Of a stretch of DNA of 55,814 nt, positions 14,701-25,780 are shown in pieces. The stretch covers positions 1 to 55,814 of the forward strand of contig JAQGDQ010001200.1 in the NCBI GenBank assembly GCA_030141605.1, written 5' to 3'. Position 1 is the first letter of the stretch; each line of letters starts with the position of its first letter. A program made the position numbers and the translations under genes. A model generated the notes under the pieces. That model was not told where the DNA came from. It was given only the letters and a program-made list of their open reading frames with translations, and did not search any database. Origin of the DNA: Tubiluchus corallicola (Eukaryota > Animalia > Priapulida).

Positions 14701-17700
14701 CCTACCACACTTACTATTACTCTTATAGCAAAACCGGACCCAATCTTAAACTGTAGGCCAAAACAATCTACTCTTTAAAATATAAGCACAGCGGTAAATT
14801 TGAAATTTGAATGTTTATCTTAATATAAGCACAGCGGTAAATTTGAAATTTGAATTTTTATCTTAAAACTTGCCTAGTTTTAGTGCAACACCTGAATATC
14901 TTACAGTAGCACTGTACTTCAATTTTCGCTTTCGCAAACAGCACGCTGTTGAAAATTATGTTCGTTTGTGATGTACATCAATAGTTGTGCTCGCCTGCCG
15001 TTAATTAAGTTTTTAATCTATTATTTAATTATCAGAAACGCTTTTACAGCATACTTGGTGTTAAAATGTATAGTTTTTACCGTACTTGAAAATGGGGTGG
15101 TGTATGAAAAATCATCCTGTCTTCCTTTAATAAATGCAACAACACTAAAGCGTTGCAAATAAGTAACACTCAATGACTTTTGATTGTGTCTTCTGAGCAG
15201 CTTTTGGGTGTCTTTGTGTTTAGGAGCGAAATTCACGCAGACATCTGAAATGACTAAATTAATAACAGCAGATGGGCAGCCAATCACAGTGCAGGATGAT
15301 CTAAGCTTTCTCTCAGCTTCCACCCGAGCATTGCATGATCACGCTGTGCAGGTTTCTCCATCTTTATTTACACAGTTACTGTGATTTTATAGAAAAACGT
15401 CATCGTTTTTATTTGTTGTTAAAAGCACTCGTTTTAGATGTTCTCTGACTATTTCATCAAAATTTAATTGTTTTTGGCAGTCTTAATGTTGTCAGTGCAT
15501 TTACAATCTGTGAACCGCTTCTACTCGGTGCATGACTGTGAATTAGTTACTTTCCAAGTAAATTTTTTAAATCATTTTAATACTATCCATTAAATTACAT
15601 GTTGCTCGCAATACAATGTCGTCATTAAAACTGAGTTTTTGTATGTAGAGTAAGCAACATTGCTTAGACTTGGAGTCTGCACTGGAAGCATTGCAAGCTC
15701 GTTCAGGACATACAACTCTTCCTGTAATTATTGGCAGGTGAGTGCAGAAGATTTACATGTTTTTTCTTTAAAAAATCTGATGCTAAACACAACTTGTATT
15801 TTTCACAGGAAAAAAATTTGTTGCCTTAAACCATAAGTAATGCATCTTAGATGCTGTTGGAGTTTGTTTGGTAACCGTGTGGTGTGTCGTACAAGTATGT
15901 ATTGATTAGTATACTGCAGCGTTTTGTTTGGCTGCATAAATTGCACTTGATAATATTAACACATCTGGTCTAATGCACACCCATATATGTTAGTTCTAAA
16001 TAACAACAAAGGAGGGCACTGATGAGTGTCTAACAGGTTTGATGGCTTGTCATTTTTGAGAGTCATCGTGTAAATTCCATGGCTTATAATCAATGATTAA
16101 ACTATAAGCATACATATTCCCGTGAAAGCATCACTATAATAACAGCCAACTAGAGTTTGAGTTTGTTTTTTTTTTGTGGAAACACACGATAAAAATTTAT
16201 GTGGCTAGATAGACAATTTCATAAGCTTCTAACTTGTGCATTGCAACAAATTTTATTTGCGTAGTTAGTTGAAATAGTTGCCAAAACTAATAAGTGTGCA
16301 CTAACCCAGAGACAGTTGCTGGTGGATGATAAGTGATGCCGTTTGTTTCAACTCTAGTTTATTGAACATTAATTGCCAGTGGTTGATTGGTTGACTTTTG
16401 CTGTTTGTTTCAACTCTAGTTTATTGAACGTTAATTGCCAGTGGTCGATTGGTTGACTTTTGCTGTTTGTTTCAACTACAGTTTATTGAACGTTAATTGC
16501 CAGTGGTCGATTGGTTGACTTTTGCTGTTTGTTTCAACTAGAGTTTATTAAACGTTAATTGCCAGTGGTCGATTGGTTGACTTTTGCTGTTTGTTTCAAC
16601 TACAGTTTATTGAACGTTAATTGCCAGTGGTCGATTGGTTGACTTTTGCTGTTTGTTTCAACTAGAGTTTATTAAACGTTAATTGCCAGTGGTCGATTGG
16701 TTGACTTTTGCTGTTTGTTTCAACTAGAGTTTATTAAACGTTAATTGCCAGTGGTTGATTGGTTGACTTTTGCTGTTTGTTTCAACTAGAGTTTATTGAA
16801 CGTTAATTGCCAGTGGTTGATTGGTTGACTTTTGCTGTTTGTTTCAACTACAGTTTATTGAACGTTAATTGCCAGTGGTCGATTGGTTGACTTTTGCTGT
16901 TTGTTTCAACTAGAGTTTATTAAACGTTAATTGCCAGTGGTCGATTGGTTGACTTTTGCTGTTTGTTTCAACTACAGTTTATTGAACGTTAATTGCCAGT
17001 GGTCGATTGGTTGACTTTTGCTGTTTGTTTCAACTAGAGTTTATTAAACGTTAATTGCCAGTGGTCGATTGGTTGACTTTTGCTGTTTGTTTCAACTAGA
17101 GTTTATTAAACGTTAATTGCCAGTGGTCGATTGGTTGACTTTTGCTGTTTGTTTCAACTACAGTTTATTGAACGTTAATTGCCAGTGGTCGATTGGTTGA
17201 CTTTTGCTGTTTGTTTCAACTAGAGTTTATTGAACGTTAATTGCCAGTGGTTGATTGGTTGATATTTCAACACAGTATAGATGAAAATTCTTCCTTCACA
17301 ATAACAGGGAATGATTAGCCTAAAGGCTTATGCAAATGTCCTACAAACATTGTCTCCCATTTCAGGCGACCTTCAACATCATCGAGTAACAAAGAGAATC
17401 AAAACTCGAGTCCGCCGAGTCGGAAGCCTTTACAGGACCTGCAGAACTTCCAGAATACTGTGACGTCCCCAAGCATCGTGCCTTCTGCAGTGAGTCGTAT
17501 TTAAAGTGCAGTTGTTCTGAATTTCCAATAATGAACCTGTTTTTCTCATGTTTGGTTTTTATGGCAGAGACTCGGCCACCTGAGTTATTTGTTAATGCAA
17601 ATGTTACTGATCATGAAATTGCAAAAAAAACTCTAAAATGCGCTGCCCAAATTTACTTCCGTTATAGACCTAGATGTAGATGTTTGGATGACAAAGCTAA

Positions 17701-20700
17701 TCCATTTTCTAGTAATCACTAGTATTGTCAGTTTGTATCTACTGATGTGAAAATGTTTCCTTGGTGTCATAATTTTACAGGGGGGTAAGTAAGTAGAGAT
17801 TGCAGGATATATTGGAAAATTATTTTACATTCTCAGTGACTGGACTTAGTTTAAAAAGTGCATCTTAATTGTATGTTTACACTGTAACAGTCATTGTTAA
17901 AAATGCAATGCAAAAAAATAAAATATTCATTTGCAGTTTTTTGTGCTACAAGTTGGAGATTTCTTGTTCACATATACATGTCATTTTAATAATTTCCTGT
18001 TCATTTTATCTATCGTATTTGAATTTGTAAAGTGGCTATGAATCGTCGTTTATTTCATTCACTTTTCCAAATCTAACACACACAGATTTGTAGAGTTTTT
18101 GCTTTAGTTATGACAACACAGAAAGTTAAGTCAAAGACCTCCAGTTTGAAACTTCTTATTAATGATTTGAGTTGACTGCTACAGTCAATGATAATGATGA
18201 TAATCAAGATAATGATAAAACTTACTACAACAAGTTTGTTGGCATCTTTCTACTAAAAATGCTCCCCTCTGGTCATTTTTACTTTCCTTCTGTTACTACT
18301 GTAGTCTTACCTAACTGTTACTGGCAACTGTTGACTTGAGAACTACTTTTAAAAGTAAGTTTTCAGTAATGTGGTTCTGCGCTCATTTTGTCTCTAACAT
18401 TTTACTGTAAAAGCTCAACATTCATAGACTATCCTCAGTTATTTAAATATTGTTCCTTTAGATATAAGAGTGATATTATTTGGTTTGAATCCAGATGCAC
18501 AATGTAAATTTTGATTTTTTAAATGGTGATTCTTTACACGCACGTTTTTTTAATTAGATGCAGTCATTTGAAGGTACAATTCTCAGTACTCAAACATTTG
18601 GCACTGCGCCACCGGTGAAAGCAGACAACGCGAGTGAGAGGGGCAGGAGTCGCGATGAGAATGTAAGCAACAGGCAGCGACATCGGTCGGATAGCTTGGG
18701 AAAAGTAATACGGCGCGTACCTGTACCCGATGTAGGATGGGCATCACAGGTAACCGTGTATTTCTCTTTTCATTATACAGTTTGCCACGTCTGCAAGTGA
18801 GTATCTCTTGGTTATTGAGGTGTGGCAGGACCAATACTTACTTTGTTAATGAGTACTCTTCTAAGATGAGACACAGAACTTCTAGAAGCACCTTACCCAT
18901 GCTGTGATGGTTGCACATCCTCTTTTCGCGAGATGAATAGATGGAACGTGGCAGATGAAACATTTTTCTGAGCTACCACCCATCCATTTACTAATCAGCA
19001 CCTGTGTTGCCTTTCCTCAGTCGTTTCGTTCCCATTCTGATGTTTGGCATATTAACACAGTTGATTAAGTAAAAACAGCAAACTGCAAATTATAATAAGA
19101 ATATCATTTGAGTGGAAAATAATAACTACTGCATTACTATTAATGAAACCTTCGACGGCTTGATTAGGATAGTACTAGCTAAGCGTAATTTTATTACGAT
19201 GAATTGATTGTTTTTAACTTTTTAACTTTATGTAAGTCAGTCGTTTTTGAATTTTTGTAAAAATAGGTAGGAGAGCAAAACTTGGGCGACTGAATTCCCT
19301 GAATTCAGTTACTTTCGCATTTTCAATGCAAACAAATACTGAAATGTGTTTAATTTGTAGCAATTTTCTAAATGTACTTTTACTTTTATATCGAAAACAA
19401 GAACAAGTAATTTAAATATGCGCATAATTATTGATGAATATTACATTTTTACAATGACGATATTTGCAATGGCGATGAAACAAGAGTAATAAGTACTTGT
19501 TTAGTAATAAATGTTTACCGATCTATTATAAGAGTCCTACGTTTTAGCAAAGAGAAAAGAAATTACAATATGACTAAATTACGACATTATTACATTAAAT
19601 CTATACGCTAAGTCTAATACAGAAAGACTTTAGACATACCTATTATACTGTGCCCACGGTCATCCTCGATAATGAGCAAAGGAGCAACATAGCGATTGAC
19701 AGCGCTACGTTACTTCTAGCTACCTAGACCTGTGGCACAGAAGATTACTAGATATGGATCCATGAAAGAAGTGTAATTCAGCTAATTATTTGGTCAGTTG
19801 GGCACGATACGAGCTTTAATAGAGACTTGAATGACAATCACATGGATAATTGATTACGATGCAAATTTTACATTCAAGAACCACTTTGCAATGGCAGATC
19901 CATGCAAACAAGGTAAAAAATGCTAACTCCAGATATGCCATACTGGCATAGTTCTCGACAGTAGCAAACTTTCATACTGTTGTTTTTCACAAATATCTTC
20001 GCGAAGTGTTTATAATAACCTTCATGCCACTGCATCAAGAAAACTTGCCGCATTTTAAAATATTCATCAAAGAAGCTTGTGCCACTCACACAAACAAAAC
20101 ATTGCCTTTACTGAGTTTTAATGTAAAGGCCACATGGTGAGATGAGGTTTATATCTGCTTTTATTTGCTTTGTCTATAGTGAGTTTTCGTAACTAATCAT
20201 CGGAATTTCATATTTCAGTTGGCTAACGGCGAAGTAACTGTGAATTTTAGCGACGGGACACAGCTTAGTGTTGAAGCTGCTACTTCTACGATTAAATGGA
20301 TGGACAAAAATCAAACGACATTACGGTGCGTATTAGAAAAGTCTCAATGTAAACATGTCGAAAAATGTGGACTGGTTGTTGTGTAACCACTGTACCACTG
20401 TGTGTGTAAAGCGACCATCAAGTGTTTAGCTCCTTCAGGACCGCACCATTCAGACCTGTGACTTTTCTGCTGCTGTATGAGCACAGACATAACTAAATGA
20501 TTACAAATTAGGTACTGTTATATTCAGGAGAATCTCGGCTATCCAATCATGTTATTTGTTTAAACATTTGTAAGTGATTTAATTGGATAAAGTTAAGAAA
20601 AACACGCCCTTTTCAGGCACTCCAACATAGCCTATTGAGTAGTTGCTTAGTCTGGTTACACTTGCTTGATCGTACACACTAATTTATTGATTGCCTGCTT

Positions 20701-21934
20701 GCTACAGCCCATGGGAACTGTCCACTGTACAGAGTTCCAGGAAAAGCCAGCGGATCAGCCAAGGAGAAATTAAGGTCATCTCATCTTTTAATAGGAATTT
20801 TTCCTTAAAAATAGAGTAGACGAGGCTAAAGTGTATTAGAATGTTGTGTCTGGAAAGTTGAAATTTTCTGCATTAGCCGATTTCACACAAGCAATACTGT
20901 ACATTGTTACGCTGCAGTTACTGAAAGCTTTTTTGAAATTTTTCATCAAAAATCGATTTTTAATTTCTCTAAGGTAAAAAAATGCATTTCATATTATAAT
21001 TTTGCATGAAAGCCCTTTGTGTGAGGAATAGAGACCTACAAAAATTATCAAATATAATGTAATCGCTGCTTAGTGAGAGCAGTTTTTCATGAACTCACAC
21101 GTGCACAATGCAGCAAATGCTTACGGTCCTGAAGGAGTAAAGAAACTGTACTTGTCAAACTTCTCCATTTCGTGTACTTATACTTCATCATTAACTTTGC
21201 AGCAGTTTATTGCCCTTTTTTAATTGTAATATATAAATCTGTGTTGGTGTTGAGATAAACAGCATAAACAACTACAACAACGTTAAGGAATACTCATTCA
21301 ATAGCATGCTCATTTTGTCCGGGAGGTACGTGTTTGGAGCAGTAACCGAGTCATACCATAGATCTTAAATTGGTACCAAATATGTACAATTACCAGAGCA
21401 AATAAAAAGTGATCATAATGGTCATAATGCTGCAGTCGATCTTGTTGGTTTGTCCTCCATTCTGACAATAGTCTTGTGCATTTAGAATATGACTGCTGTT
21501 TGAGCAGCATTGGTCACAGTATAAGGCGTCCTAGAAGCACTTTTGTTGGTTGTTAGTGTTAAGGTGGTAAAGTCACGTTCATAATGTGATCGTGTTCACA
21601 CTTGAGGTTATCAAATAAAAGTTAACAGAGAAGAAATGGTTAATTACTGAACTATGCTTGTTGCTATAGTTCATAGCGATAGACAATAATAACTAAGCAT
21701 TCTGTTACTAGATTATGAAAAAAGTTGCAGCACAGTATATTTAGGGAGTCCATATCTTTTTTTGCATGTCCAACATACATTTTCGTAAATACTTGCATAG
21801 TAATATTTAAAGTAAGGGTGACAAATTTCGTTTTTTGTAGGTATGGCCAGGCTGATAAACTGCCAGATCATGTTCGTGTAAAACTGGCACAGATGCCGAC
21901 AATAGTGGAAATGCTAGTCAGCGCTCCATCTTGA
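2698..21934 (+). CDS. PLK4: Polo-like kinase 4 (18 coding exons, 999 aa)
   Basis: Exons 2698-2727, 4322-4417, 4608-4703, 5924-6038, 7048-7160, 7736-7824, 8085-8210, 8696-8861, 10025-10368, 10954-11680, 12478-12582, 13522-13780, 15224-15351, 15649-15737, 17366-17489, 18558-18749, 20219-20325, 21841-21934. All introns are GT-AG, phases agree and the sum is 3000 nt. Motifs: [57 protein letters not shown] degron, cryptic polo boxes ([28 protein letters not shown]) and PB3 ([23 protein letters not shown]). Confidence 0.96.
2985..3600 (+). mobile_element. Degraded non-LTR retrotransposon AP-endonuclease fragment
   Basis: Broken frames give [30 protein letters not shown] and NDGQATRR. Confidence 0.7.
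3930..4230 (-). mobile_element. Degraded CR1/L2-type LINE 3' fragment
   Basis: Minus strand gives [15 protein letters not shown] and [21 protein letters not shown]. Confidence 0.75.
4322..4417 (+). CDS. PLK4: PLK4 exon 2 (Gly-rich loop, VAIK)
   Basis: [32 protein letters not shown], bounded by ag/gt. Confidence 0.95.
4608..4703 (+). CDS. PLK4: PLK4 exon 3
   Basis: [32 protein letters not shown]. Confidence 0.95.
5150..5845. mobile_element. Tc1/mariner (Tigger/pogo-like) MITE
   Basis: TIR CAGTAAGTCCTCGCTTAACGAC / GTCGTTAAGCGAGGACTTACTG; TA on the left, TG on the right; internal repeats of the TIR motif. Confidence 0.85.
5924..6038 (+). CDS. PLK4: PLK4 exon 4
   Basis: [38 protein letters not shown]. 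Confidence 0.95.
7048..7160 (+). CDS. PLK4: PLK4 exon 5 (HRD loop)
   Basis: [37 protein letters not shown]. Confidence 0.95.
7352..7696. mobile_element. MITE with GGAGTC subterminal repeats (probably hAT-like)
   Basis: Ends gggctgtggagt ... cgactccactgccctg; multiple GGAGTCGG motifs. Confidence 0.65.
7736..7824 (+). CDS. PLK4: PLK4 exon 6 (DFG, T-loop)
   Basis: [29 protein letters not shown]. Confidence 0.95.
8085..8210 (+). CDS. PLK4: PLK4 exon 7
   Basis: [41 protein letters not shown]. Confidence 0.95.
8696..8861 (+). CDS. PLK4: PLK4 exon 8
   Basis: [43 protein letters not shown]...KKQ. Confidence 0.93.
9230..9655 (+). mobile_element. hAT transposon 3' remnant
   Basis: [24 protein letters not shown] resembles the hAT C-terminal dimerisation region; ends in gcaccggccctg. 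Confidence 0.7.
10025..10368 (+). CDS. PLK4: PLK4 exon 9 (phosphodegron, linker)
   Basis: [21 protein letters not shown]...[10 protein letters not shown], donor gtacgt. Confidence 0.88.
10954..11680 (+). CDS. PLK4: PLK4 exon 10 (linker to start of PB1)
   Basis: Lies within ORF 10904..11716; ends [19 protein letters not shown]. Confidence 0.88.
12478..12582 (+). CDS. PLK4: PLK4 exon 11 (PB1)
   Basis: [35 protein letters not shown]. Confidence 0.93.
12824..13249 (-). mobile_element. 5'-truncated RTE-clade LINE with 12-bp TSD
   Basis: [52 protein letters not shown]; flanked by GAGTATTTCATT at 12812-12823 and 13250-13261. Confidence 0.88.
13522..13780 (+). CDS. PLK4: PLK4 exon 12 (PB1/PB2)
   Basis: [12 protein letters not shown]...[45 protein letters not shown]. 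Confidence 0.95.
13857..14010. repeat. Tandem duplication, 2 x 76 bp
   Basis: cattatacactcgttttttgtttgacatgaatcaatg...cctgtctaga occurs twice. Confidence 0.85.
14723..15130 (-). mobile_element. TTAA-AGG-ended MITE (Kolobok/T2-like), family A, internally deleted
   Basis: Reverse-complement similarity to 27995..28570 and 50639..52081; ends ...cttcctttaa. Confidence 0.75.
15224..15351 (+). CDS. PLK4: PLK4 exon 13 (PB2)
   Basis: [19 protein letters not shown]...LHDHAVQ; phases fit both neighbours. Confidence 0.85.
15649..15737 (+). CDS. PLK4: PLK4 exon 14 (end of PB2)
   Basis: [30 protein letters not shown]. Confidence 0.92.
16341..17262. repeat. 62-bp minisatellite, about 15 copies (PLK4 intron 14)
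   Basis: Unit gtttgtttcaactagagtttattgaacgttaattgccagtggtcgattggttgacttttgct; starts at 16341, 16403, 16465 and so on. Confidence 0.95.
17366..17489 (+). CDS. PLK4: PLK4 exon 15 (linker 2)
   Basis: [41 protein letters not shown]. Confidence 0.85.
18558..18749 (+). CDS. PLK4: PLK4 exon 16 (start of PB3)
   Basis: MQSFEGT...[15 protein letters not shown]. Confidence 0.9.
20219..20325 (+). CDS. PLK4: PLK4 exon 17 (PB3)
   Basis: [35 protein letters not shown]. Confidence 0.92.
20430..21137. mobile_element. piggyBac-like MITE
   Basis: TIR CTCCTTCAGGACCG / CGGTCCTGAAGGAG; flanks TTAG and TAAA (degenerate TTAA). Confidence 0.7.
21841..21934 (+). CDS. PLK4: PLK4 exon 18 (last coding exon)
   Basis: [30 protein letters not shown]-stop. 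Confidence 0.92.
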
Positions 21935-24900
21935 CTTGTCTTGCTTGAGATGTCTATCTCGCTGTGTTACAGTAGACATTTTTATACTGTTGGATGTGGA
22001 CAAGCAAAAGCACAAACTCATATTACGTCACAAACTGAGATAACTGCCGGCATGTTGACAAAAAGCACAGTTGATGCAAATGCTTCTAATAAAGATAAAT
22101 TGCTTGATGTTAAAACTAGCAGGTGTTGCCACTTTGATTGCTCCTTGATCGTTTTCTGGGTGTGGCACGTGATTAAGTTTGCGACATGTTGATGTAAGAA
22201 TTGGCTATTGTTATTTGTTTGTAATTTACACACAGTTCTGCTGTACAGTCAAACCTCTTTGTGCTGCCCCCTGTGGGACTGCAAAAAAGTTAGCGCTATA
22301 GCGAGTTTGACATTATAACGAGGCGCATTAATTCATACATTTCTATGCAAATATGCACATTTTGTTCTGCTAAAAATCTGGGTATTAAATAAGGTTTGCA
22401 TTATAAATGGGGAGAGATGCATTATAATGAGATCTGTCTGTAGTTTTTCATTTCTTAATTTTTTTCCATGAATTTTGCAAGTTTTTTCTTTACATTTCAC
22501 AATGTCACTTTGATACAGAATGGATACTTCGTAATTTAAGGGGACTTGACAAAGATTTATATCGCTGCAGTATGTGAATTCGTAGGAATAAATGGTAATC
22601 TCAGCCAGCCCTCTGACTTGTATGAAACTTCTTTTCAAAATTATCAACATTAATATTGATTTTCGAGTGTGTAGTCCTAATTTGACGTGAAGACAATGAA
22701 AAGAGATATTGGTTTGCACACCTTTGTATGTTGCGCCAAGTAAAATAGTTGAATCTCGATAATGTTACGCAGCTTTTAGCGAAACTGTGCATCTAGATTA
22801 CACAAGGGCTTAATTAATGTGTTTAGCCTATTTACTTGCATTAAAGTTCGTAGGTCTTTAGAGACAGTTGACGAGATAAAAAAAATTGTTACAATTTTTC
22901 CTTCCATATTTGTTATTGTCAGTTATTATTATTAAATTAAATGCATGAATTTTTATCTGTTTGCATATTAATACATTTTAAAAGAAACAGTTATGCAATA
23001 AAACTTAACATTACTCTTAGTATTTACTTTTTTGCTAATTCGATACTTATTTGGGAACGTATGTTCGGATTATGTAACTCATATTTAACTTGTTTATGTT
23101 ATATATGCAAATTCATAGTTGCATTTGCCCCAAAACTAATGACAATATAATAGTTATAATTTTAAAACTTAAAGTAAAGGAAAAACATCACTTTTTCGGT
23201 AATCATAACATAAATGTATAGATAATTTATTCTGAAACAATCGTTACATTTACACTTATCATGGTATAAAAGCACTAACAGGAAATCCATTAAATACATT
23301 AAAATTGCAGCATACATTATATATAAACAAAACTACTACACTGTCTTACACATTAATACCTTTACGTATTTTAATACGTGACACATGTCGATTGGAAGAG
23401 TCAAGGTAACAAAGGAAACATTCACTAGAAGAGTTGACACCAAACGGATACAGTACAAACTTGTGTACGTAGTACTTCACAAGATTCAACTGTGCTCAAA
23501 TTACATGCGACACATATTAAACAATGTTGCCAGTATCTATTAATGCAGTTTAATTAAATTAAAGAAATAAATGTTCCAAATAACATGTCACATGATGAAC
23601 TAACAGCTACAACAATCACGATTACACAATATAATAAACCGCATTAAATACATAAAATTATACATATTTTCATAAACATTTCATAAAATGTTGTTAACTG
23701 CCACAAGAGCAGCACGTGTTAAACAATGAAAACGTTATTACGTGTAGTAATGGAATAATAACTTGCATCAATAGTTCGCGATAATTTGAATACTTCGGTT
23801 GATATGTACAGTAAATTGTGACATCTTGTTGTAGAAGTTTCCTTACAAGAATGCAAGTAAAATATTCTTCTGTAAAACGTAGAGACACTTGAACTATTAA
23901 CAAAAAAAATCATACAAATTTTTTTCCAGTTTATAAATGGTGCCGTGCGGGTATAACATCCTTACAAGATGATTCATTCATGATTCATAATAAGCTCACA
24001 AATATTAAAATGGTAAAATTCATAATTTTTTAATACAATAAAATAATGTGATACAGCATTTGTTAAAAATTCATTAAACAATTATCGCATCAACTGATTT
24101 TGCAACCGGAAACGGTGAATCAGGACAAGGGTTTTTCTGTTTCACTGCAAGAAGTCAAGTCGCTGCAGCAGAAGACGAAAAATAGCTAAAACACCCCACC
24201 ACCACCCTCTTACTCCCTAGGATGACCTAGCAAGTAGTTTCCAAACAACCTTGGAAAACTCTTCGCTCTGTGCTTATATATAATTTCTAGGGCACCTCAA
24301 ACCTTGCCACATATGGAACTGAACCGTGCCTATTCAAATCATGCAAGCTTCCTAGGTTACAGACAAAGTAACACATGGATCACGCTGATAATTGATAATT
24401 ACTTAAACTTAGAAAACGGAAACACTTTAACAACCATAGCCAGTACACAACCGTATTAATAACAAAGGAGTGAAAGGGCGGACGGATGTCACAAACCGAC
24501 AATAAACTACGTCTAGGAATTTTTAAACACATTTTGGAATGTCCATAAAAACATCAAAAAACACGTTAATCACACAGAGTGGATGGAATGCACACTCGTA
24601 TAAAAATGGATGGAATTCTATATAAATCACATAACGAAGCGATGGAATGTTGCAACAGGAAGATAATAAACGTGAAGCGTGTTAACGAACTTTCTAATGT
24701 TTGTAAAATCGTTTCTGTGTCCGGAGTACTGAAATATTAAAAATACGCCACAAAGCAGAAAATTGTAGGCAAATGTGCATTTCCAATATAAATATTACAT
24801 GAAATCTAGCCGGGTTAACAATACATATGTGTAAAACTACCAGGTTAAGTTAAAACACATTTCGTCTTTATAAAGTTGTATCAATGAATAAGCAGGTGGA

Positions 24901-25651
24901 ACTATATAATTAATTACTCGATGCACAAACCTGCACTTTTAAAAGTAAATAAAAATCAGCATATATCTCACATGCACCTAGAAAGGTACTTCTGGCAAAC
25001 ACGAACCACTGTGTATGAAATGTTATCAAATGCTATATAGGCCTGTAACTATATCATGTAATGAGATCTTTTAATAAAGAATTGATTAGGTGCATACAAG
25101 AATGAGGAAGGATTAATGGGATACTAATTAAGATGTCGCTTTTAAAGCTACAGTACCAATTATTTTACCTCACAAAACAGTCAACTATACATGGGATAAG
25201 ACAAATAAAACAACAGCTGCTAGTTCAATGATTTGGTTAACATTAATAAGTTCGAATGCCGAACAAATTATTAACAACTTAGGCCACTGTAAATTAGAAA
25301 CTTGCCTTTCATATTTTTTTACGCACTTCCTGTTTTGCTTCCGCCATGATTTCAAACATGCACTTCACTTTTGAAAACTGTCATAATAAATCTCAAGCTG
25401 GAACCAAATGAGTTTTAATTGCAGTGAAAAACACCATTTGAACAATAACATTAATCACTGCTTTTGCTGTCAAACGTAGAAAAGAAATCACAAAGTGTTT
25501 CGTCTGCAATCGAAAACTTGAATAACTTAATTATTTATAATCCTAATTTCATTGCAACTTTTGTCACACGATAAACACTGATGCTACTTTAGGAAATTAT
25601 TTCACAGCCACAACAGCTCTTGTCTTTGGCATCTGAGTTCTTGAACACTGA

Positions 25652-25780
25652 TCAGAATCTGCTTTTGCTGACAGTACCTAATTCCTCTTCCTCCATGTAA
25701 CGTGCTGCCTCCCACTCCGCCAACTTCTCGCTGTCTTTAACGTGTGCATAATTTGCTGCCAGGCATATCAAATAATGAAC
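25652..25780 (-). CDS. M6: M6 alternative terminal exon B (distal)
   Basis: ttttatccag|VHYLICLAANYAHVKDSEKLAEWEAARYMEEEELGTVSKSRF-TGA. Confidence 0.9.
   Translation of the reverse strand, partial: VHYLICLAANYAHVKDSEKLAEWEAARYMEEEELGTVSKSRF

Noticed and set aside
16341-17262. CRISPR-like appearance (GTTTCAAC...ATTGAAC)
   Set aside because: There are no unique spacers and no cas genes, and it lies in a eukaryotic intron. It is a plain tandem repeat.
21941-25650. Additional gene between PLK4 and M6
   Set aside because: Only short AT-rich ORFs without motifs are present, consistent with two convergent 3'UTRs and a TE fragment near 22245.
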